A DNA stretch of 64,000 bases from Balanoglossus misakiensis. Taxonomy: Eukaryota; Animalia; Hemichordata. Below the pieces are notes generated by a model. That model worked only from the letters and a program-made list of their open reading frames with translations. It had not been told where the DNA came from and searched no databases. A program made the position numbers and the translations under genes. The stretch covers positions 10,022,390 to 10,086,389 of the forward strand of contig CM082580.2 in assembly GCA_040954595.2 (NCBI GenBank). The letters run 5' to 3'. This document shows positions 35,604-47,900 of this stretch, piece after piece; the first letter of the stretch is position 1, and the number at the start of each line of letters is the position of its first letter.

Positions 35604-38600
35604 ATGGCCCTCGTTAGGTCGACCCTCTTACTGTTGAAGTTGCTCGCAATTTTTTGTTTCTCCGTTTTAGAGGTAAGGATATAAGTAGATTTGTTTCCGA
35701 AGAGCTGTTCAAAGTTTCATTACAGACCTCATGTAGGCGCGAGCACTCTCACTTGCCATTTCGCTGTTCATAAAACCAGCTTCACACCAGCATAAAATGT
35801 TGTGCACTTATACGTATCGGTATATCTGTTAACTGATCGCAATCAACGAGTAAGAGATGCAAGTGACGATATATTGAAGGTTTTCACAATTTTCTTTCAC
35901 TTTTTCCCCACCAGGTAGACGCTGTTGGGTGCGAAGACGGAAAGTGAGTACTTTTGACACGTATCTGTAAAAAAAGGGTTATCAAAGCCTACTGCTGGTG
36001 TTAGGGAACTCACGATGAGCTAGCTCTGTTCATGTATTCAGCGCTGGCTTAATTAAACAATTAGTGTCATCATTAGGCTCATTTGCATCGCAGCCCCAAG
36101 GCCGGTATTAATACTTTGGTAATGTGTCCAAAAACACATCCCATTTTTGTTTGAATCGGGAACCAGTCCTCAACACCATCCCTTGTGTCGTTTTCATCGA
36201 CGGTTTTCCCCCGCAGTAATTTCGTTCTTCGTGTTTTCGCAAACGCCGAGTCCAATGGAGCTGGGGGTAGACTATCAGCTTTGTTGCTATTCATAGCTCT
36301 GGTGCTGAGTGGAATATTTTCGGTACTTTTGTATAAGCTACTGGTATGAATGACAAACCGATTCCCTCATAATATTCACTCGGTTTGCCCAACATATGCT
36401 TGCCTTTAACTCCGCGTTACACATTAAATTTGATACCGAGTGGATGGGTGACAAATGACAGCCATTGTATATTTTTGTCTAACTTTTCATGTGCCAATTG
36501 GTTGAAAAACAATGCAGCCTCCTCAAATGGTATTGTTGTTCAATGCGACTTGCGATTTAACAACACAGACACGGACGTCAATGCTTTTTGTTCAATTGTA
36601 AAGATGGGCTCAGTTATCTTGCAAATAAAACAGTATTAAATATGATCTGAACAAGTAGCATCGTGTTTTGACAAGACATGCCCGAACCTAATCAACATAA
36701 TTTGATATGATACGACAAAGCATCTATTTCGGTCTCACATAACGTACGTGCAGCAACCACAAAATGGCTGACAATACAAAATGTATATAGTTAGTGATTA
36801 GTGAACCTGCAGAAGGAAACTTTGTGTCGATGTCGTAATTATATATAATTTGGAGCAATCATCACGCCAGATGGAGTGTTCTCTATTTTTCACGCAATTC
36901 AGTCTGTTGTCTGGTCATTAACTCTTGTTGTGCTTCATTGAGGTTTTGTCGTTTATGTAAGACCACATGGCATGGCATCCGATTCGGTTAAAAAACATAT
37001 TGTCGTTCTGTATCAGGCAAGTCGTACGCCAAGACCAGGATGTCAGTGCTAATACTCATTTTTGCATAAATTATACGCCGCTTGGTGTAAATGTCAATCT
37101 TCAAAACTACAAAACAATCTTTGATATGTTTCTTTTTCAGTTGTGGAGATGGACCTGCCAATTTATTAACCAATGGCTATGGTAGCCACTTGTCTCTATC
37201 GTGGCAATGGTGAGACGATGATTTTTTTTCACATATAAAATCTTTGAAAATACAGAAAGATTAACCCCATGTTAAAATCTCATGTGCTTTGGGTGCAAAA
37301 TGCAGATTTTCTCAAACAGGTGTATGTGACTTTTCAGGTCGGTGATTGGCTGTCTCGCACTGGTGTGTACTGTTACTACCCTCCTTGGCTGTCTCCAGTG
37401 GCTGACAAAGAAAGGATCTCCGACTCTTGATGACGTTGTGTCCAGCGGCACACACGCAAGAAAATATGGCGCAATCGTCAGCTCTCAAGACCCAGAAGCA
37501 GCAGAAAAGTACAAAGAAATAGAAAATTCAGATAGCGTGGCGATAGAAATCGACGAGCTGGGCAGCGAGATTAACACGAACGAGGATGGGGCACAAGATG
37601 GCGGAAAAGTTGAGAATGCAGATATCATTGATACGGAAAAGGCTGCTGATATTGAGTACATTGAAGATGATAAACTCTACACTACTGGTGATGGGACTGT
37701 GCCAGAGATAATCGAAGGCGAATACGACATGACGTATGTTACTCATGAACCTGGACTGGACGAGGAAGGCGAAGAGGCCACGACCAAGGAAGATATCTTT
37801 CTAGCTTCCATAGCAACATCTGGCACACAGACTGAATGGGAGGATGATTTGGATGATGTTGACGTGAGATCGACAGGAGACGATGGCCATTGCACGGGAG
37901 CGGATTGTGATAGCACCGAACACTCCCTGCTGGCCGCGAATGATGGGGCAGGTGTTCAAGAACCAACATATTTCAATGCGGTGTTTTCTCACCAAGAAAA
38001 CCTGACCGAAGAACGGAACACAAACCGAGAAGATCTGAGTCCACTGGAAGAGATGTTAGGGTTCAAGGACTTAGATGTAGATTTGAATGAAGATGGGAGT
38101 TGTGACAGATCCACACAAGAAAGGTCAGCGACCGAATCTTTTGATGATATCGGTGATATTGATATGGTTGAGATCGACAAAGTATTTGAGCCTATCGAGA
38201 CTCCCATCCAGTCTCCTGAACAGAGTCCCGTCCAGACACGCATGCAGAGTCCCGTAATGGCCTCAGTCGAGGTACCTGTTCAATCTCTGGTGGATTCTCC
38301 AGTCTACACACCAGACAGTCCTGTCCAGAGCCTATCTCAGACACCTGACCAGACTTCAGTCCAGATGTCAGTGCAGACACCTGTGCGGTCTCCGGCCCTT
38401 TCCCCAGTCCAGACACCTGTTGAGACCCCTGTCCACATCTTGGACCAGACTCCTGTGCAGTCACCCGTCCACTCCCCAATTCAGACACCAACCCAGAGTC
38501 AAATCCAAATGCCTGACGAGACAACTGTCCAGTCTCCTGCTCAGATCTTGGTCCAGACACCAGTGCAGTCTCCGGTCCTTTCCTCAGTCCAGACACTTGA

Positions 38601-41600
38601 TGAGACTCCCGTTGAGACCCCAGTCCAGACACCAGTGCATTCCCCAGTCCAGACACCAACCCAGAGCCAATCCCAGATGTCTGACCATACTCCTGTCCAC
38701 AGCCCAGTGCAGATCACCGAGCAGTCTCCGGATCCTGTTCAGATGTCCCACACTCAAGTGTTAACCAATGTTGACACGTTGCATCAGACATATCACCGTC
38801 AAGCAATTCCTGAAGTTCAGAGATATGACGGCTCTAAGGATAGGGTAAACGCTAATAAATCTGTACTAGAAGATGCGGAGCAGATATTGCAAGCAGGCGA
38901 GGATCACCACCAAACATATTATGACGTCCAATCTTGGGTATATGGCATTGATCAGGAAAGTTTGGAAGCCCCATGGCAAATGGATGTGGATCTTGCTTCT
39001 GAAGAGAATTTCAATCTTACACAGTCCGAAGATCTTGACGATACCGGGCGTCCAGAAACAAATGCCGGGGAAGCAGTAGCAGAAGCGTCTCCCCGACACG
39101 ATAATATAGAGAATGATTCTGAATCGACTGGGGAAAATAGAACATCAGCTATATCAGATAAAAATCAGCAAAAATCGCCTGATAAAATCGAGTCTGCTGT
39201 ATCCGAAATAGACACAGAAAATCCAGAACACCTACACCAGATTAACGTAGAACATGTAACCGAAAGAACATGTTATCCTGCAGAATCATACTCCCAAGAT
39301 CCCTCAAATGCCATGGCACAGGACTCAGACAACAGAAATGGAATTGATGTCCTTCACGAAATTCCATGGGAACATACAGGAAATGTGGGAAAGGAATCGC
39401 ATGACAGATCACCTTCTGATGACACAAACACAGGGAAAGTCTCTGGCACAAGTGACAGACTTAGACTTGACATGGGAATGCAACAGGATGAAGAGATTGG
39501 TGATCCGATCGAAGTAAAAGCAGAGAAAAATGTGCTAAATACATTGCTGTCTGAAGCACATCATATTGACCAAACCCAAGAGTATGGAGAAGTTCGAGAT
39601 GATGAAAAGGATGTGTCAAGCGGAGGAGAACAAATTAGCCTAAAAGTTAAATTGGTCAGTTTGTCACCACTTGACGCAGCACACGGCGAGAGTCCAGTTG
39701 AGAAAGAGGACTCCATCAATAGCGAAGACTCTCTTGAGATAGAGGGAAACAAGCGGTCTAGTCCTGCAATGTCACCAGACAGTTTATCAGATTCCATCGG
39801 AGACGACAAAGTGGAAAGTATAGACAGCCTAGAAGAAAAGCCCGGCGGCCTCAAAAGCAAACCAGAGTTAACAGGTGGTGCAGACAACGAGACAAACAAG
39901 GCACCAACTGAACAGCTTCCTTCTGCTGCCAATGGATCACGCGAAGGGGCGAACATCACGAGCGACTGGCGCAAGTTCGTCGTGAGCTTTTCTTCGGATG
40001 ACAGTCTGTCCACGATAGAAGAACAAGAAGAGAGTAGACAGACAAGTGTGGACGCTTCGAGTGAAGGAAGTGATTGGGGGAAGTCCAGAAGTGGAACCAG
40101 CAAACAAGGAGGAACGATCCCCGACCACAGTTTCCTTCATCAGAGGCCTTCACGCAGCATCACAGAAAGGACCCCAGTTTCAGTTGATGAGAACACACAT
40201 CGACAGCAAACAGGCATCAACGACCCCAATATGACACCTACTGACCAAAGGTCGCGCTCGGAATTTTACATGGCGCTACTAGAGGACAAAGACAAAACGA
40301 ATCAAGTCAAGACGTTATTTGAAGTTGACAACAGAGAACGTTTACCAGTAAAGGACAATTCGCAATCATATCAAGAAAAGGAGAAAGAGTATCACAAAGA
40401 ACATAACACAGGGGTGTATACTGATTCTAAATACAACAAACGATCTACATATTTACCACATGAACCATCTGCACCATTGCACAGACAACAATTAGGAAAG
40501 GAACGTGATAAACAACCCCTGTCTGATGAAAAATCAAAGACTCCAGATATGACACCATTCAAAGTAGAAACATCACCCACAGCTTCGGTCAAACAAGTCA
40601 ATGAAATGCACCAGGCATACAGACACGGCGAGAGACACGGTATGAAGACATTTCACCATGGTTTTAAAAGGTCGGTTATATTTGGAACCAAAGACAACAT
40701 AATGACAAGCCAATCTCTAAATGATACCGAAAAGGTTTCTGAACCAACACTAAAAGCTTTTAAACCTGTAGAAAAGACGAAGGATGAAGGTAGAGTCGTC
40801 GCACCAGTAAAGGCATTTCCTCCCGAAACACGCAGCAGCGGTAGTGCTGGTGGACACCACGACACATCAATTGTCTCAAATAAAGTTTATCAAAAGCCAT
40901 CTGACATGACAACGGCCAAAGAACAACCTACAGACAATGTGACAACGCGCAGTCTGAGAAACTGGCAAACGTCATGGAGGCCTCTTGAATCTGGCAAACC
41001 CACAGCTGAAAGGATGCCTCTCAAAGACCCATCCCATCATCATGAGCCGCCAGCTTCGTTTAGACCAATCCAGAGATTCAGTAATCAGTCCAGACAACAA
41101 GGCGAGCTTCACAAACCCAAAGCCCTGTCTTATTCTTCGGATCCACGACAATCAGCTATACAAGATTTTGGCAAAAAAGTGGTGGACAGAGGGAGGGGAG
41201 AGGATTCGCCCATAGAACGATATGATTCATCACAGAACACGCAAAGATCTCCTAACCCTTCCATGTCGACTATGTCCGAAGATTCAAGATCTGGGATTAT
41301 GAGTAACGCCTATGGGTACACCATTTACCTGACGCGGAAAGAATCCCAGCCTGGAACGGAACATATCATAACACACGAATCTCATGTTGCAACCGCGCCA
41401 GCACCTGCACCCGTGTTATCGTCCCCATCATTAGCACCATCATTAGCATCATCAATACCATCATCTCCATCAACATCATCAATGCCATCATCTAGGCCGA
41501 CAGTACCCGAGATAGGTCGGCGGGAGGAACCATCACAATCCCGAGTCGATGATCCGAAACAAACCAACCAGAAAGTATTTTCTCGTTCTCGCCAGTCTCG

Positions 41601-41856
41601 GGCTAATGACTTGAGACAAACTAGTCAGAAAGTATTTTCCCGCCTGCAGGAAAGCCAGTCCACCATCAGAGAAGAAAATGCCGGAGAGCCAACAAGGAGG
41701 GGAAGGTCGACAAGAAGCCAGCCCTTCACGAGGAAAACCCCGGACACTTCCCCTGTCAGGCCAAAAAGGAACGCCCTCAGAATCTTCAAAAGTCAATCAG
41801 TGCAAACAGACAGATCATACATCACGGAAAAATTCCCTTTCGTCGGTGACTCTTGA
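35604..41856 (+). CDS. Uncharacterised type I membrane protein A (about 1561 aa): signal peptide, 2-Cys mini-ectodomain, TM, very long acidic disordered tail
   Basis: Exons 35604-35672 (MALVRSTLLLLKLLAIFCFSVLE), 35915-35943 (VDAVGCEDG), 37141-37209 (NCGDGPANLLTNGYGSHLSLSWQW), 37338-41856 (SVIGCLALVCTVTTLLGCLQWLTKK...). All junctions are GT-AG and phase-compatible; total 4686 nt is divisible by 3. Confidence 0.8.
38197..38755 (+). repeat. Coding tandem repeat: degenerate 12-nt unit giving (S/T)-P-V-(Q/H/E) tetrapeptides
   Basis: Translation reads TPIQSPEQSPVQ...SPVQTPVETPVH...TPVQSPVHSPIQTPTQ...TPVETPVQTPVHSPVQTPTQ; the nucleotides show recurring CCAGTCCAGACA-like units. Confidence 0.8.
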
Positions 41857-42621
41857 ACTAGAAAGGTGTATTCACAAATGAGAGCGTAGGACAATAATGA
41901 AAAGTGGAATGCATGCTTGGATTATTTGTTACCTACACTAAGTATTATGTGTCAAACTTAGAATAGTATTTTGCGGCTAATTTCAAGAAGTATTTGATTT
42001 TATGCACAGATTTTAGATACCAGTGATATCCGGAAATGGGAAAACCATGTATGAATGATTTTAAATATTGTTGTATTACAGGCATCACTGAGTGAATTTT
42101 AATTTTAAGGGTGGCTGGGCATGCAATGTATATATGTCAAAATAGATGTGTCCAAATGCATGCAATGAAACATTACAATGTAAGTTAGATATGCCATGCC
42201 AATGTTCATGCCGTAAAATCAGTATGGTGATGTTTTGATTCCTGTGAACAATAGAACATGTGGAGAAGTCAACAATATAAAGCGCCACCAATGGTATTGT
42301 CTTTTGTTTAGCATGAATGAGTGATTGCGTCTATTGTTCAACAAAAATATGACTATAAAGTCATCGCACACGTGTTTTGACATTAGGGATCACGCAAATG
42401 TTATGCTCCATTGTGTAAAAATTAGTCGAGCCCGCTTTTTCGATCTGCGGACTATTACTAGTATACGTCAACGGCACTTCCCCGGGGCGACGTACCGGTA
42501 CATGACCTACGACCCGCCGTGGGAAGCCGGTATTTATCACGTGGTAGTTTTTCACACGGTCTGAACAGTTACTCTTATAAGACACGAAGACGAGCAAAAT
42601 CAAGTTTGGAGACCCCGCGAG

Positions 42622-44260
42622 ATGAAATCTTCTTTAGGGTTGACCAAGTGCGCGTTTTTGTTCGCCCCACTTGTCAAGGTAGGTCAAAATCTCACTAATC
42701 TGAGAGAGGTTATTCCTTGTCTCTTCCATTTCCTTTGCATCAACGGCGATATATATTTGGAATGTACTTCAAAAACAAATCACAGTACTAAAAGCACTGG
42801 TAACACATAGACTATGAGAAAGCGGTGTGAGATTAGTCAGCTCAACGATGCATTTGAATACAAGACTTCGTCAGGCAAAACTTTGTCTTGGAGCATATTC
42901 CAATATAGACTCCGCCCTGACCATTAAAAATGGATGTCGCTGCAAACTGAAGATATAAAATGGCAGCCGATTTACATGTCATATACAACTTCGCCTTCAC
43001 TGTTATTCTACGCTCCCGCATAATTTACAATTTCACTTTCTGCAGGTACATGTACACGCTCAGGAATGCAGCGGGAAAGGGTGAGTTCTCTTCATAAAAT
43101 AACTCCCAACAAAGGACCTTTTTTTTCTTTGTGAGATGAGGATAACCATAAACTGTTGAATTCACTTATATCTATGAAACACATGGCATTTAAATAGTTT
43201 TATAGCTTAGAAAACTACCACTTGTAGTTGTGTAAGGGAGTGGGCATAATCATGGTACATCACTATATGATGAGTCAATTCGCCTTAATTTGAAATTCCA
43301 ATGCCATTTTTTCAGATGTGACAATCAAAGCCAAGCAGACAGTGAAAATACCGAGTGGCAGCTTTGGTAAGTACAATGTAGGTTTAGCAATATGTATTAC
43401 GGTCACAGTGGAGAAGAAATGTTTCTTCACCAAGACAATTTACTTAATTTTAAAATCTTGATTGCAGGGTAGTCGGGGTGGCGATTGCCGCGATCGTCAT
43501 CGCTGTCATGCTTTCGGCCGCCGTGTATTTCTGGAAGCGGCGAAAGTCCGACCAATCGGCAAACCGTGATGAGCAGGAGTCAGAGCCGGCTACTCAGTCT
43601 TACGGAACGTTCCCTTGGGTTGATACAGAAGGCGAGGAGTCGCAACAACCAGAGTCGGCTCCGACGGTGACGGGAGAAGATGCTGCGTCCATCGGTGAAC
43701 CAGAACGGGGAACGTCGATGACACTAGAAAATGAAACCGTCGCAGGGAAAGAGACGGTCGCAGGAGATGATGGAGGATACGCGAACGACCAGTTACCACC
43801 GCTGTGCGAAGTTGATGCCAGTGCTGACCAAAATGGCACAAATCCAGCGCTTCGCAGCGAGAGTCCGGAGTCTCCAGACGCGAACGCGACAAGAGATCAG
43901 GCGCAGACTGCAGCGGCTGCAGCCGAGTGCCCGCCCAGTACGAAAGCCGTTTACGTGCCGCCTTCCACGGGTAGACAGTACGGAGTGACGGTGTTCTTGG
44001 CCAAAACTCCCGAGGAGAGGGAACGCGACCGCGCCGCCCGCTCTCAGTACAGCCGGCCAAGACGCTCACTCGCCAGAACCACGGCGGCTGCGAGCTCGCC
44101 TCCCCGGCCTCGGAAGTCTCCGCCGCGAGTGGCGACGTCGCTCCAGACCGCCATCACAGAAGAATCTGAAAAGGAGAGGAAGAAAATGAAAAGGATGAAA
44201 AGATACACTGACAAGGCCGTGCAAACCGATTCGTCTGATATGTCGGAAAATGAAGAATAA
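42622..44260 (+). CDS. Uncharacterised type I membrane protein B (about 311 aa), paralog of A
   Basis: Exons 42622-42678 (MKSSLGLTKCAFLFAPLVK), 43046-43080 (VHVHAQECSGK), 43316-43366 (GCDNQSQADSENTEWQLW), 43468-44260 (VVGVAIAAIVIAVMLSAAVYFWKRRK...). Intron phases 0,2,2 as in gene A; 936 nt in frame. Confidence 0.82.
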
Positions 44261-44972
44261 TCGGGACGCTTTTGTTCGTGACGTAATTAGTTGAATTTGT
44301 GGATTTTTATATGTATACAAGAGTGGGTATTTTTTTGAGAATTTTTTGGGAACCAAAATGTGATAAAACAGATGAAAACAAGTATGGCAGGGAAATTTAC
44401 AGTGTTTGGAAATACATCACACGACCTACTTAGCCGCGCAGTATACGTATCATTCCTCGCAAACATATTTACTCATTAACTTCTGGTGCCAAGCTGGTCA
44501 CTCAGTTTACAGTTGCGACCTCGCCAGCTCATCTTCTGCTTTGCTCACATAAAATTGTAAATCTTTATGGTGTCAGTGGGTCAGATACATTCCGCAGTAT
44601 CAGTGGTAACTGGTCCACTCGTCTCTCTCTCTCTATCCCCTCCCCCATTGCACCATCCACTCCATATATTACCAGGTGATGATATCTGAATGAGTAAACT
44701 GCCAGGCCCATAAGTATAAGTAAAACCTCTATAAAATCCCATCCAATTTTTTTTTAAATTCCGGTAGCAAATTATTAAGTAGTTGACAAGGTTTAAAATA
44801 TAGGGGAAAAGCAAAAGCGAAAGTCTTTAAGTTCTAGTGCGTTTACGCACGAGTGAGTTCTGTATTGAAAAGCTACCCTGTCATGTGATTTTAAAATGAG
44901 AGCTGACAGCCATGCACGAGGACAAAGGTTGTTTGGGGTCACACGCTATCCAGTACGTGCGTAGACGGAAAC

Positions 44973-47900
44973 ATGGACGGATCGGGGTCAAAACCGCCTC
45001 TGATCGTCCTCTTGGTCTGTCTTACCCTCCCCCTGTTATTCTTAGAGGTAAGTCTGGTACTGTATGTATACGCTCTGGTGTATAAGGTCTAATGGACAGC
45101 GCGTCAGGGGCGCGCGTTTCTTGACAGCATGTGCGAAACATCTTCTGGACGCGGGCATGCACGTCTTATCAACTGTCCAAGTAGACTGGTAATTACGTAC
45201 ACCTCGCATAGCGTCTGTTCCCTTGCTGTACTGGCAAAGTGGACTAGCTTTCTCACTTTCTCACGTATGTCCCATCATATTCGGAAATAACGGGTGCAAG
45301 ACCTTCTCTGCTGACATTCAAACTCAAGGTCAATGAACTATGTTTATGTAGCTTCTATATGCTTCCGATGTTCGTCACGTCCCTTATCGGAGTTTGTTAA
45401 TTTTACACCCATGTCTACGTTTCTGTACAGGTTAACTGCCAGGCATGTGATTCTGACGACAGGTAAGAGGGCATTGGTTATTATTCAGTTATACACCAGG
45501 GCTATGCACTGTCAGTTGCAGGCGGGCGATCTTTATATTGAAAGAGGGGGCGATTGGGGAGTTGTAGGGAGTGATGGGGGGGGGGGGGAGATGGAGGGAG
45601 GGAGAGACCCAACTATGAAATTCAATACAATTAGCCCGTATTCATTTCGACTCGACTGAAGGTCAAATAGTATGGTAGCCGTATGGTTGTTTTATTATAA
45701 GTGAGAAACCTTATTTTGATATTTTATTTTAGATTTCATGTTGAAATGTCGGTTGTCAGCCTCATGCTGTCAACCTACTTCAAGTTGTTAGAATAATTAA
45801 CGTGATACGGTAAACTAGCGACGACAATCGCCATTTGCATGCAAAACCCAGTATTTCTGGCGCACAAGAACTATTGTTGTGAGGTTTCTGGGTCGAGCTC
45901 CTAGTTTAGAACAAGGCCTACATTGTGCGCCGTGGTCGGGCCATACTGTAGGGGCGATTGTTTTTTGCGTCGAACATCGCTCAAGGGCGCGGTGGGAGTG
46001 ACTTTCACTCACGTGCCACGGTGTCTATATTGATAGGATGTTTAGGAAATTCCCGTTATATGCTGCATACACGAGTAAGCAGAGAAGGAAATTAGTCATT
46101 CAAAATTCATTTTCCAGCTTTCATTACATATACTGACCGAGAGAGCGAAAACTGCTGTGTTTTAGGCGCAGCGTGCCTGCGCCATCAACGGAAGTTTATT
46201 TAACCTCCACACCGCACACACCTACATGGCAGTAAAAGGTGGCAGATTGTCCTTGTAGTGTGTCTCCAAAACGCATAATGGATAAACAGGCAGAAAAAAT
46301 CTATGATAAACATATTTTGGCATTTATTATTTTTTTCAGTTGCGCCAGGCATGAGTATTGTCATAATGGTACGTGCCAGTCATACAACTGCACGGCTGAA
46401 CGGTAACTAGACTTTCTAGCATAGTAACTTGAAGCGCACCGTCTCGAAGTGGTCACGAAGCTTGCGATTTAAGTGCCCAAAAGTCGATATGATGAACAAT
46501 TTCAGTGTTATTGATTTTGACAGATGCGTTCGTGAGCTACATGGAACGCGTGGACTGTAGTTTGTTATAAACGCGCATTCATTTCTATTACAGATGCAAC
46601 GAACATACTCAATACTGTTGCGACGACAATAGGTGTTGTACCCACTGGTACTACGAATGGTGGGTCTGGTAGGTATCGGAATTTGTTCATCATGTCGTTC
46701 ATTTTCGTTTTGCTCGGAAAGTAAAGTTTTTGAAAATCTTTTGCTCGCATCACGTTGAAGAAATTTCCAAGTAAGGATGCGTGATTAGGGGATGATACAT
46801 TAGCCCTCGTGGTGGTGGCCTTACAAAACGCAGCAGTTTTTAAACATTATTGCGTATGCTGTCAAAAGATGAAAGGCAGTGGAAAACGGTGTACCGGGAT
46901 TATGAAAACGGCTCTTAATTTGTCAATTTTTTTCTCTTGGCAGGCTTCTGATTGTTATCGGCGGAATAGTGGTCTTTGTTGCCTTCGCCGCAGTGTTCTA
47001 CTACGGTTCAAAACTGTGCAGGAAAGATTCGCCGGGTTCCCTGAGAGACCGCGCCGACCAGACTGGAACCCCGAGCGACTACGAGAGTGGCGACGATGAG
47101 AAAACCCCGTTGCTGGGAGGTTCGCGGCAGCCTGCCGCGTACACCGAAGAAACGGAAGACAGCGGCGGCGGTCCTGTCGGGAGGAGTTATGATTCCTCGC
47201 CGGAGGAGCCGAAATCCGAAAGCGAAGAGGAACCGGAGCCGGAGTCAGAACCGCAGCCTGAGCCAAAAGTGGATGATCTGATCAATCTTGGACCTCCAGA
47301 GCAAACTCCAGAACCAGCTCCCGCTAGTCCGGCAACATCACCGTATCCGGTGCCCACCCAGGTACCCCAGGAAGGTCCGGAAGATTTGGCGTCGTCCACA
47401 GCTGCGGACAGAGCAGCCGCCGAGGCGCTTCAGGGGCAAGCAGAGGGTCCCGCCGGAAATGGCGGTGAGCAGCCGACGTCACCCAAAGCGGGAGATTCGA
47501 AGGGGGACGGCGGTGATGCACTCCCAATGAAAAGTGTCTCTCGTGAACCGTCGGAGGAGGAGGAGGAGGAAGAGGCGGCGTCGCCCCAGGAAGAAGAAAC
47601 AGACCTGCAAGAAACTCCCCAGGGAGGTGTCCCCCCACCTCAACCCCAACAGGACGGAGGTGGGGGTGGCCCCTCCGGTGATTCTCAACAGCAACCGCTG
47701 GATGAACCGCAAGAAACCTCGCAAGAACCACCGCAGCAAGACAAGGAAGCAGCCGAGGAAGATCAATCAGGGCGCGAACAACCAGGTACCGGGGACGACG
47801 GAAAACCAGATGAAGAAACCGGGCCTCCGCCAGAAGAACCCGAACCAAAAGACGAAGAGACGGCGGCAGAACAGGATGAAGACAAACCAGAGGAACCACA

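Noticed and set aside
37342-46969. ORF-track starts at 37342, 43478 and 46969 as real N-termini (signal-anchor proteins)
   Set aside because: All are GTG codons just downstream of splice acceptors. Upstream signal-peptide exons splice in frame, so the hydrophobic segment is an internal TM.
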